Shown here in pieces: positions 29,545-37,853 of a stretch of DNA of 62,934 nucleotides; the stretch's first letter is position 1, and the number at the start of each line of letters is the position of its first letter. A program made the position numbers and the translations under genes. The notes under the pieces are model-generated. The model was not told the origin of the DNA. It saw nothing but the letters and a program-made list of their open reading frames with translations, and searched no databases. This DNA is from Candidatus Omnitrophota bacterium. Lineage in GTDB: Bacteria > Omnitrophota > Gorgyraeia > Zapsychrales > Fredricksoniimonadaceae. The stretch lies in the NCBI GenBank assembly GCA_015232565.1, contig JADFZK010000012.1, positions 1-62,934 of the forward strand, in the 5' to 3' direction.

Positions 29545-30291
29545 ATGGCATCCGAAAAACGAAATTATCTGCTGGAGCAAGTGGTGGCGGTGGTGGTCTC
29601 CGGGCCGCAGGGCAAGGTCCTCGACCTGGGATGCGGGAATGGCCGGACTGGTAAAATGATAGCCGACCGCGGTTTTCCGGTTGAAGCGTGCGATATGGAT
29701 TCCGACCGGTTCGAGTTCCATAATGTGATCCCCTTCCGGCAGGGCAATCTGGACAGCCGCCTGCCTTATGATGATCAGACCTTTGACTGTGTGATATTGA
29801 TGGAAGTCATCGAGCATGTGTATAATCCCGGCTTCGTGATCGGCGAGATCAGCCGCATTCTGAAACCCGGCGGCCGGCTGGTCTTGTCGACGCCGAACAT
29901 TCTTAATATCAGCTCAAGGTTAAGGTTTTTGTTTGAAGGCAGTTTTGATTTCTTCCGCGAACCCACGCTGGATTACGCCAAATGTTTTCCGGTGGCGATC
30001 CAGAATATGCACGTTATTCCCTGGCGGTATCAGGACCTGGAATATTTGCTGGCCCGTAACGGCCTGGAGGCCGGGCGGGTCCTGGCCGACAAGAGAAAAA
30101 TGGCATTGTTGTTCCCTTTGTTACTGGTTATGCCGATGATCCTGATCCAGAGTTTGACCAAGGTGACCCGGGGCCGGGCGAAGGGCGGAGTGGATTATGT
30201 GCGGATGAGCACGATATTATTGTCCCCGGACATGTTGCTGGGCCGACACCTGATCGTAGAAAGCATCAAAAAAGCGCCGGCTATTCCATAA
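29545..30291 (+). CDS. Class I SAM-dependent methyltransferase
   Basis: VLDLGCGNG, EVIEHV, LKPGGRLVLSTPN. Confidence 0.88.
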   Translation: MASEKRNYLLEQVVAVVVSGPQGKVLDLGCGNGRTGKMIADRGFPVEACDMDSDRFEFHNVIPFRQGNLDSRLPYDDQTFDCVILMEVIEHVYNPGFVIGEISRILKPGGRLVLSTPNILNISSRLRFLFEGSFDFFREPTLDYAKCFPVAIQNMHVIPWRYQDLEYLLARNGLEAGRVLADKRKMALLFPLLLVMPMILIQSLTKVTRGRAKGGVDYVRMSTILLSPDMLLGRHLIVESIKKAPAIP

Positions 30292-30331
30292 GGCAATGTA
30301 AATTTAATTTTGCCCGGGTTAATTACCGCAG

Positions 30332-30387
30332 TTGACAGCCAAACTTTTTCGTAGTACACTCCGAATTGGTCAGACTAATTCGTAGCG
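30332..30387 (+). promoter_or_regulatory. Near-consensus sigma70 promoter plus downstream palindrome; direct-repeat copy 1
   Basis: TTGACA-17nt-TACACT followed by CGAATT-N9-AATTCG; 49/56 identical to 31628-31683. Confidence 0.75.
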
Positions 30388-30395
30388 AGGTACAT

Positions 30396-31553
30396 ATGGA
30401 AAACATCGTTCGCACGCTTAAGATCAAGCTTCCTCCCAGGCAATCTGCATTTTTGTGGGGGCCGCGCAAGACGGGAAAGTCTACATTCCTGAAGCAGGCC
30501 TTTCCGGACAGCCTGGTCTATGATCTGTTGCAGAAAGATCTTTATTTGGAAGTAGTCAAGAATCCTTCGGTATTGCGTGAGCGGATCCTGGCCAAAGACC
30601 CGGCGCTTTTGAAGTTTCCCATTATTCTGGATGAAGTGCAGAAGGTCCCCGAACTGCTGGATGAAGTGCATTGGATGATCGAGAACAAGGGCCTGCAGTT
30701 CGTTATGTGTGGTTCCAGCGCCCGCAAGTTAAAGCGCGGTCAGGCCAATCTTTTGGGCGGCCGGGCCTGGCGGTTTGAATTATTCCCGCTGGTTTCGGCT
30801 GAACTGGAACATTTCGACCTTAAAAGGGTGCTTAACCACGGTCTTTTGCCGTCTCATTATTTGCAGGACAATGCCGCGCGGTCGATCCGGGCGTATGTGC
30901 AGGATTATCTTAAGGAAGAAGTTTTTGAAGAGGGTATCGTGCGGAGTATTCCGGCGTTCTCGCGCTTTTTCGATGCCATGTCGTATTCCCTGGGCGAGAT
31001 CGTTAATTATTCCAACATCTCCCGGGATTGCGGAGTGGGCTCCAAGACGGTAAAAGAATATTATCAGATCCTGGTGGATATGTTGCTGGGGTCTTTTGTT
31101 GAACCGTATAAGAAGCGCCAGAGCCGGAGCGTTATCCTTAAAGCCCCCAAATTCTATTTCTTCGATGTGGGCGTGGCGGCGGCTATTGCCCGGCGTCCGG
31201 TCCTCGAGGAGCGAGGAGAATTCTTTGGCCGGGCTTTGGAAAACCTGATCTTTATGGAGTTAAATGCGTATCGGAGTTATAAAGAGCGGGACTTCGAGAT
31301 AAATTACTGGCGGACCAAGTCGGGCATCGAGGTTGATTTTATCCTGAATGATGGCCAGGTGGCAATAGAGGTTAAAGGCGCCGCCAGAGTGGACGGGGCG
31401 GAGTTAACGGGCTTAAAGGCTTTTATTGATGAATATAAGCCGCAGAAGGCGATCGTGGTCAGTAATGAGCGGGAATCACGGGTGGCGGGTGATATTCGAA
31501 TAATGCCCTGGCGGGATTTCCTTGCCCGGTTGTGGCTTGGAGAAATTGTTTAG
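30396..31553 (+). CDS. COG1373-type AAA+ ATPase (AAA_14 + DUF4143)
   Basis: GPRKTGKS, ILDEVQK, CGSS, KFYFFDVG, C-terminal EVDFIL...IEVK; GAGG RBS before ATG 30396. Confidence 0.88.
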   Translation: MENIVRTLKIKLPPRQSAFLWGPRKTGKSTFLKQAFPDSLVYDLLQKDLYLEVVKNPSVLRERILAKDPALLKFPIILDEVQKVPELLDEVHWMIENKGLQFVMCGSSARKLKRGQANLLGGRAWRFELFPLVSAELEHFDLKRVLNHGLLPSHYLQDNAARSIRAYVQDYLKEEVFEEGIVRSIPAFSRFFDAMSYSLGEIVNYSNISRDCGVGSKTVKEYYQILVDMLLGSFVEPYKKRQSRSVILKAPKFYFFDVGVAAAIARRPVLEERGEFFGRALENLIFMELNAYRSYKERDFEINYWRTKSGIEVDFILNDGQVAIEVKGAARVDGAELTGLKAFIDEYKPQKAIVVSNERESRVAGDIRIMPWRDFLARLWLGEIV

Positions 31554-31627
31554 GCGTGTGTGTTATTTGGAGTTGGCAATTCCATTAAACAGTGTAGATT
31601 GGAGTTTGTTCGGGCAAATTACAATGT

Positions 31628-31683
31628 TTGAGAGCCAAACTTTTTCGTAGCATACTCCGAAATAGTCAGACCAATTCGGAGCG
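31628..31683 (+). promoter_or_regulatory. Direct-repeat copy 2 of the promoter block, upstream of GT4 gene
   Basis: TTGAGA-17nt-CATACT with identical spacer GCCAAACTTTTTCGTAG. Confidence 0.65.
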
Positions 31684-31762
31684 CACTCCGGGATAGTTAG
31701 ACAAGATTTATGTAGATGGAGTTAATGTTATTCATGGAATTATTAACTAAGAGGGGTTTTTA

Positions 31763-32911
31763 ATGCGCATTGGATTCGACGCGAACGTGTTAACCAAAGA
31801 GAAAAGTGCCGGGGCGTATTATCTGGGACAGCTGGTTCGCGGGCTGGTAAAGTGTAATCCCCGGCTGGAGATATTCTTGTTCTCGGCCGACAAGGTTTGT
31901 GTGGATTACGATCATTACATCCATTTCCCTCAGGTGACCCGCGTAACACTCGACTTGCCGCGCGAGGCGCGCAAGGGCTGGCCGGGGAAGTATATTCCGG
32001 CCTTGCTGAAAAAGCACCGTATTGACGTGTTCCATTCGCCATGCCAGGACGGGGCGGCTTTGTTCCATCCCGGATGCCCGACCGTGGTGACCGTTATGGG
32101 TTTGGGCGACTGGATCATGGCCGGTTCTTTTCCGGGCTGGTGGGAGAAAAAAGGCTATCAGTTCCGGCACCTGGCCTGGAGCCGGCTTGCCGCCCGCACT
32201 ATTACTCTTTCGGAAACGACCCGCCGGGACCTCATGCGTTTTTGCCGTGTTTCGGGGGAAAGCATTGCGGTAACGTTCCCGGGAGCCGGGTCGGACGAGC
32301 TGTTTTCGCTTTCCCAGGGCGAGGCGGAAGCCGTGGTTGGGCAGTACGGTTTGGCGGGCCAGGACTACATTATCAACGCCTCGGGCTTGAGCGACAAGCG
32401 CCACAACCTGAACTTTGTGCTGGAAGGTTTTGCCCAGTACCTCCGGCATGCTGCCGGCGACGTAAAGCTGGTGGTGACCGGCAGTGTGAATTACGAGGGC
32501 GCCTATGCCCGGGCGGTGCGCAAGATGGAGATGCTGGGTATCAAGGACAAGGTTATTCTGACCGGGTTTATTTCGGACCGTTCTTTTTATGCTTTATTGC
32601 GTAATGCCGGCGCGGCTATTGTTTCGTCCATGTATTCCGGAATGTCTTTTGCCCTGACCGAGTGTTTTGCGGCCGGGGTTCCGGTGATCGCTTCCGATCG
32701 CGGAGCTTTTCCCGAGATAGCGGGTGAGGCGGCTATTATGGTGGATATGTACGACATCGGCAGTCTGGCCGAGTCTTTGCGTCGTTTGCTGGAGAACCAG
32801 GTAGAGCATGACCTTTACGTGGAGAAAGGCGTGACCCGGGTGAAAGAATTCAGCTGGGAACGCATGGCGCAGGAAACCCTGGCGGTTTATCAGGGTATCG
32901 TGAAAGAATAG
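31763..32911 (+). CDS. GT4 glycosyltransferase
   Basis: IGFDAN, DVFHSP, KRHN, SMYSGMSFALTECFAAG (degenerate EGFG motif), FSWERMA. Confidence 0.8.
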   Translation: MRIGFDANVLTKEKSAGAYYLGQLVRGLVKCNPRLEIFLFSADKVCVDYDHYIHFPQVTRVTLDLPREARKGWPGKYIPALLKKHRIDVFHSPCQDGAALFHPGCPTVVTVMGLGDWIMAGSFPGWWEKKGYQFRHLAWSRLAARTITLSETTRRDLMRFCRVSGESIAVTFPGAGSDELFSLSQGEAEAVVGQYGLAGQDYIINASGLSDKRHNLNFVLEGFAQYLRHAAGDVKLVVTGSVNYEGAYARAVRKMEMLGIKDKVILTGFISDRSFYALLRNAGAAIVSSMYSGMSFALTECFAAGVPVIASDRGAFPEIAGEAAIMVDMYDIGSLAESLRRLLENQVEHDLYVEKGVTRVKEFSWERMAQETLAVYQGIVKE

Positions 32912-32912
32912 C

Positions 32913-33968
32913 ATGTTTGAGCCCCGGCGTGTCCTTATTGTTAATCCTTTTGGCATCGGGGATATGCTTTTCTCCATGCCGCTGGTGGGCGCGCTGAAAG
33001 CCAGTTTCCCGTCGGTATCCATAAGTTATATCGGCAATGCCCGCACGGCGCCGATCCTCGGGAACGATCCCCGCCTGGATAAAGTATTCAGTTATGAACG
33101 GGACGAGTTCGTGGCGGTCTATAAAAGATCTCCGCTCGCCTTTGTGAATAAATGGTTAAACCTGGTCCGCGATCTGCGCGCCGGTGGGTTCGATACTGCC
33201 TACGATCTTTCGCTGGGTTCTCCTTTGGCCCTGGCGCTGGCTCTGGCGGGAATACCGCGCCGTATCGGTTATGATTTTAAAGGCCGGGGCCGCTGGTTGA
33301 CGCATAAAGTGCCTTTGCCTGGTTACGAGGGGCGCCACGCGGCGGAATATTACCTGGCTTTGCTGGATCAAGATCATCGCGGGAAAATGGCGATCTTTCC
33401 TTCTCCGGCGGACCAGGCCTGGGCGCGGGAATTCATGCTCAGATATAAGTTGAGCGCTAAAGAGTTCATTGTTATTCATCCCGGCGGCGGGGCCAGTTGG
33501 GGGAAGGGCGCCGGCCTCAAGCGTTGGCCCGCCGTGAATTTTGCCAAATTAGCGGACAAAATGATTGAAAAGAGAGCTTGCCCGATTATACTTGTTGGTG
33601 ATAAAAATGAGGTGGCTCTTTGTACGGAAGTGGCCCAAGCCATGCGGCAGCGGGTGGTTGTAGCGGCCGGGGAAATGAATGTCCTGCAGGCCGCGGCTTT
33701 AATGCAGGCCGCGCGGCTGGTGGTGGCCAATGATGGCGGTCCTTTGCATGTGGCGGTAGCGGCGGGCGCGGTTACAGCGTCGATCTTTGGCCCGGTGGAC
33801 CCCAAAGTTTACGGGCCTTATCCGGCCGAGGGGCATATAGTTATTCAAAAAGGGCTGGCTTGCCAGCCGTGTTACCGGAATTTCCGGATGTCCGATTGCG
33901 GGCATCAGTCCTGTTTAAAGAGCCTTTCCGCCGATGAAGTGTTCAATAACATTACGAGGTTATTATGA
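32913..33968 (+). CDS. GT9 family heptosyltransferase-like protein
   Basis: PFGIGDML, HPGGG, KRWP, NDGGPLHVA, CQPC...C...C. Confidence 0.85.
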   Translation: MFEPRRVLIVNPFGIGDMLFSMPLVGALKASFPSVSISYIGNARTAPILGNDPRLDKVFSYERDEFVAVYKRSPLAFVNKWLNLVRDLRAGGFDTAYDLSLGSPLALALALAGIPRRIGYDFKGRGRWLTHKVPLPGYEGRHAAEYYLALLDQDHRGKMAIFPSPADQAWAREFMLRYKLSAKEFIVIHPGGGASWGKGAGLKRWPAVNFAKLADKMIEKRACPIILVGDKNEVALCTEVAQAMRQRVVVAAGEMNVLQAAALMQAARLVVANDGGPLHVAVAAGAVTASIFGPVDPKVYGPYPAEGHIVIQKGLACQPCYRNFRMSDCGHQSCLKSLSADEVFNNITRLL

Positions 33969-35062
33969 GTGTGCAATTTATTGATTTCGCAAAACAGAAT
34001 ACGGCTATCCAGCCGGAGGTCGATGCTGGCTGGGCGGCAGTTATCGCAAAGTCAGCTTTTATAATGGGCCCGCAGGTCAAGGCTTTCGAGGCCGAATTTG
34101 CCAGCTATTGCGGGGTCAAATATGCTTTGGGGGTTAATTCCGGCACCGACGCGCTGTATTTGGCCCTGTCCGCGCTGGATATTGGCCCGGGCGACGAAGT
34201 TATCCTGCCCACGCATACCTTTATTGCCACCGCTTTGTGTGTGTCTTACACCGGCGCGGCGGTCAAGTTTGTGGATGTGGAAGAGGTAACTTATAATATC
34301 GATCCCGCCAAACTGGCTAAAGTTATTACCAATAAAACCAAAGCCATAATACCGGTGCATTTATACGGCCAGATGGCTGATATGGCCGGGATCATGGCTA
34401 TTGCCGACAAGCACGGCATAGCGGTGATCGAGGATGCCTGCCAGGCGCACGGAGCGCGGTATAAGGGTGTACGCAGCGGCGCGGTCGGGCGGGCGGGTTG
34501 TTTTAGTTTTTATCCCACCAAAGGCCTGGGGGCCTGGGGCGACGGCGGCGCGGTGATAACTAACGACGAGAAGATCAAGTATATGGTGGAAATGCTGCGT
34601 GATTACGGCCGGACCGACCGTTATTCGCACAAGATGAAGGGCTTTAATTCCCGTCTGGATACTATGCAGGCGATCGTGTTATCGGCCAAGCTTAAGCATT
34701 TGGATGAATGGAACAAAATGCGTCAGCAGGTTGCCGCCGTTTATGCCGTGGAGCTGGGCAAGATCGGGGTGGCTGTGCCGCAAACAGTGGCCGATCGTGA
34801 CCATGTTTATCAAACTTACGCTATCCGGGTCAAGAGTCGCGAGAAGGTCATGGAGAGCCTTAAGGCCCAGGGCATCCCGTCGTTGATCCATTATCCGATC
34901 CCGATTCATTTGCAGGAAGCCTACATTGACGCCGGGTATAAGGCCGGGGATTTTCCGGTCTCCGAGAAGATCGCCTCCGAGATCCTTTCTTTACCAATGT
35001 TCCCGCATATGACCGCGGATCAGGTGAAGGAAGTGGTTAACGCCTTGCAGAAGGCGCTGTAG
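33965..35062 (+). CDS. DegT/DnrJ/EryC1/StrS sugar aminotransferase
   Basis: NSGTDAL, PVHLYGQ, EDACQAHG, FSFYPTKGLGAWGDGG (Lys retained), NSRLD. Confidence 0.9.
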   Translation: MSVQFIDFAKQNTAIQPEVDAGWAAVIAKSAFIMGPQVKAFEAEFASYCGVKYALGVNSGTDALYLALSALDIGPGDEVILPTHTFIATALCVSYTGAAVKFVDVEEVTYNIDPAKLAKVITNKTKAIIPVHLYGQMADMAGIMAIADKHGIAVIEDACQAHGARYKGVRSGAVGRAGCFSFYPTKGLGAWGDGGAVITNDEKIKYMVEMLRDYGRTDRYSHKMKGFNSRLDTMQAIVLSAKLKHLDEWNKMRQQVAAVYAVELGKIGVAVPQTVADRDHVYQTYAIRVKSREKVMESLKAQGIPSLIHYPIPIHLQEAYIDAGYKAGDFPVSEKIASEILSLPMFPHMTADQVKEVVNALQKAL

Positions 35063-35107
35063 GACGGGCCGTATCCAGTTGGTGGCAACTTTTATAAATC
35101 GCGAAGA

Positions 35108-35881
35108 ATGGATCCTATGAATATTTCGGTAGTAATTATTGCCCGCAATGAAGAAGATAATATGGACGCCTGCCTGGCCAGCGTGAAGGGCTGGGCGGAT
35201 GAGATAGTGGTAGTGGACGACCGTTCCACTGACCGCACGGTCGAGATAGCGCTAAAGTATACTTCGGCCGTTTATCATCGCCAGATGGATAACGAAGGCA
35301 TCCATCGCAACTGGGCGGCGGCACAGGCCAAGAACGAATGGGTGTTGTATCTCGACGCTGACGAGCGGGTCACGCCCGAATTGCAAAAAGAGGTCAGCGC
35401 GGTCCTGCCTGCTACCACGCACGTGGCTTTTGCCATTCCGTTCCGTACTTATATCGGCACCTATTGGGTAAATCATTCCGGCTGGTATCCGGGCCCCAAG
35501 ACCCGCCTGGTGCGTAAAAGCAAATTCAGATATGAAGAAGTGCCGGTGCATCCGCGGGTTTTTCACGAGGGTACCTGCGGGGTACTGACCGGGGACATTA
35601 TTCATTACGGTTATCCCGACCTGGCGCACTTTCTGGCCAGCCTTAATCGCCAGACCACGCTGGAAGCCGAGAAATGGGTTACCGACCGGCGCAGTATGCC
35701 GCTGATCAAAGGGCTGTACCGGGGAGTGGACCGGTTCTTTCGTTCGTATGTTGGCAAGTCCGGCTGGAAGGGCGGGTTCATGGGTTTCGTGATCGCATAT
35801 TTTGCTTCGCTTTACCAGTTCATGAGCTACATCAAATATTACGAGATCACACAAGGTATCAAGGGCGGTAAAAAAGCATGA
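35108..35881 (+). CDS. GT2 glycosyltransferase (WaaE/KdtX-like)
   Basis: ARNEE, DDRSTDRT, LDADERV, WYP, VH. Confidence 0.87.
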   Translation: MDPMNISVVIIARNEEDNMDACLASVKGWADEIVVVDDRSTDRTVEIALKYTSAVYHRQMDNEGIHRNWAAAQAKNEWVLYLDADERVTPELQKEVSAVLPATTHVAFAIPFRTYIGTYWVNHSGWYPGPKTRLVRKSKFRYEEVPVHPRVFHEGTCGVLTGDIIHYGYPDLAHFLASLNRQTTLEAEKWVTDRRSMPLIKGLYRGVDRFFRSYVGKSGWKGGFMGFVIAYFASLYQFMSYIKYYEITQGIKGGKKA

Positions 35882-36477
35882 AGGTGGTTTTTCTCGACCG
35901 TGACGGCGTTATCAACGAATTTCCGGGCAATGGTTTGTATGTTACCCGGGTGAGTTCTTTCCATTTCCTGCCGCGCACGCTTAAGGCCATCAAGCTGTTG
36001 TCGGAAGCCGGGTATCATGTTTTTGTTATTTCTAACCAGGCGGGGGTGGGCAAGGGCGTTTTCTCCCAGGATAAACTTAACAAGATCACCGCGCGCATGC
36101 TTAAAGGCGTGCAGGCGGCCGGCGGCCGGATCGACGATGTTTTCTACTGCACCTGCAAATCTTCTGCCGGTTGTCATTGCCGCAAGCCGCGCATAGGCAA
36201 TATTATCAAGGCTTTAAAGTCGATCGACAAGCCTATCGACGCCGCCCGTCATGCCTGGTTCGTGGGCGATACCGAAGGCGATATCAAGACCGGCAAGAAT
36301 GCCGGGTGCCGCACTATCTTTACCCTCTCGGGCCGCGAAGACCAGGAGTATATGAACCGTTGGGATGTCCGTCCTGACCATGTAGCGGAGGACCTTTATG
36401 ACGCCGTCCAGTTCATCCTTGAACAAGATTCTCATCCTGCACGCGAACGCGGGCGCCGGGCACCGCAAGGCCGCTGA
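35878..36477 (+). CDS. gmhB: D-glycero-D-manno-heptose 1,7-bisphosphate phosphatase (HAD IIIA)
   Basis: FLDRDGVIN, SNQAGV, CTCKSSAGCHCRKP, VGD..DI. Confidence 0.82.
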   Translation: MKVVFLDRDGVINEFPGNGLYVTRVSSFHFLPRTLKAIKLLSEAGYHVFVISNQAGVGKGVFSQDKLNKITARMLKGVQAAGGRIDDVFYCTCKSSAGCHCRKPRIGNIIKALKSIDKPIDAARHAWFVGDTEGDIKTGKNAGCRTIFTLSGREDQEYMNRWDVRPDHVAEDLYDAVQFILEQDSHPARERGRRAPQGR

Positions 36478-37507
36478 AGCGGTCTTTAACGGTTTAAAAG
36501 CGCGCGGTTTTGCCAATGCGGCTATTGCCGACGCCCTGGAGCATACCAATCCCTTCTTCAAGAAAGCCTATCCGGCCGGTTACGAGTTCATGGTAGGTAA
36601 ATTGCCCAAATTATGGGCGACCTTTTTTGAGCTTACCGACCAGGTCTGGTTCCAGCCGGTTTTTCAGGGCGTGCGCCGGGTCTATAACGGGCTGAATTCT
36701 TTTCCGCTGGTTAAGATGGTTAAAGAAGGCGGGTATGACACCATAGTTACCGCGCATTTCCTGTCTACCGAGGTGGTCGGCGAACTGCGCGCCACGGGGC
36801 AATTGCCGAATACCCGGCTGGTTACGATCGTTACCGATTACGATGTGCACAAGATCTGGTTTTCCCGCGGAGTGGACCTGTATCTGGTGGCGGGTGAATA
36901 TACCAAAAGCCGCCTGGCCGCGCTGGGCGTGCCCGAGGACCGTATAGCCGTTACCGGTATTCCGCTGGACGAGAAATTTACCGTGACGCGCGACCGGGCC
37001 GCAGTGGCGGCGAAGCTGGGTTTGCAGGCGGATACTTTTACGGTGTTGTTATCCACCAGTTCTTTCGGCTTTGGGCCCATCGAAGAGCTGGCCGATCTGC
37101 TTAAGGACCAGCAATTGATAATTATTACCGGGAATAATAAAGCCTTGTTCGCCCGGCTGAAAGCGAAAGTGAACCCGTTGCACAAGGTGTACGGGTTCGT
37201 GGATAATATGGAAGAGCTGATGGCGGTGGCGGACGTGATGCTCACCAAGCCCGGCGGGTTGTCTATCACCGAGGCGCTGGCGAACAGTTTGCCGTTGATC
37301 TTCTTTAGCGCGATTCCCGGCCAGGAAGCGGGTAATGTGCGGGTGCTGGCCCGGCATGGTGTGGGTTTGAGCGACCAGCCTCTGCCGGACATAGCCGCCG
37401 CTATTAAAGCTTTTGCGGCCGATCCCGCCAAACTGGCCGCCGCGCGCGCGGCGTCTAGGGCCCTGGCGCGCCCGAATTCCGTGGCCCAGATAATCAAGCA
37501 TTTGTAG
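36398..37507 (+). CDS. MGDG synthase/UgtP-like GT28 diacylglycerol glycosyltransferase
   Basis: GAGHRKAA, VTDY, TGIP, GFVDNM, TKPGGLSITEA, PGQEAGN. Confidence 0.82.
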   Translation: MTPSSSSLNKILILHANAGAGHRKAAEAVFNGLKARGFANAAIADALEHTNPFFKKAYPAGYEFMVGKLPKLWATFFELTDQVWFQPVFQGVRRVYNGLNSFPLVKMVKEGGYDTIVTAHFLSTEVVGELRATGQLPNTRLVTIVTDYDVHKIWFSRGVDLYLVAGEYTKSRLAALGVPEDRIAVTGIPLDEKFTVTRDRAAVAAKLGLQADTFTVLLSTSSFGFGPIEELADLLKDQQLIIITGNNKALFARLKAKVNPLHKVYGFVDNMEELMAVADVMLTKPGGLSITEALANSLPLIFFSAIPGQEAGNVRVLARHGVGLSDQPLPDIAAAIKAFAADPAKLAAARAASRALARPNSVAQIIKHL

Positions 37508-37586
37508 AATGTTCAGTGGCGTGCATGGTCAGGGAATTATTCGCTGAAACAAAGCGTACACTGTTCGCTGGATAACGTGCAAAGAG

Positions 37587-37823
37587 GCAGCGGAAAAGCC
37601 TGTTGGGTCGCATATGAGCCCCGCCACTGTGTTTTCATGAGCGTTCATGAATTTAGAATGGCGCGGAGGATATGGCTAACGCGTAGGATCTTCTACAACT
37701 ATTGCCATCCGACTCAATCCCCGTTGAATGTTAAAATGACGGTTGGTTTATCCGGAGCGACGTTCTAAATTCTATGAACGCGGCGGAAAGGCTCATCCGC
37801 GACCCAACAGGCTTTTCCGATGC
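37587..37823. ncRNA. Candidate structured ncRNA or palindromic element (rod-like hairpin)
   Basis: Perfect 21-bp IR 37591-37611/37799-37819 plus successive internal stems (ATGAGCC/GGCTCAT, GCGTTCAT/ATGAACGC, GAATTTAGAA/TTCTAAATTC, GGATA/TATCC). Confidence 0.5.
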
Positions 37824-37853
37824 ATCACTATACATTACAGGCCGCGAATAATT

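Noticed and set aside
33752-33763. ops/JUMPStart-like GGCGGTAGCG
   Set aside because: Lies deep inside a coding sequence (VAVAA codons), not in a leader
36398-36477. 80-bp overlap of gmhB and the GT28 gene as a special feature
   Set aside because: Most simply a lost gmhB stop or uncertain GT28 start; no functional signal visible
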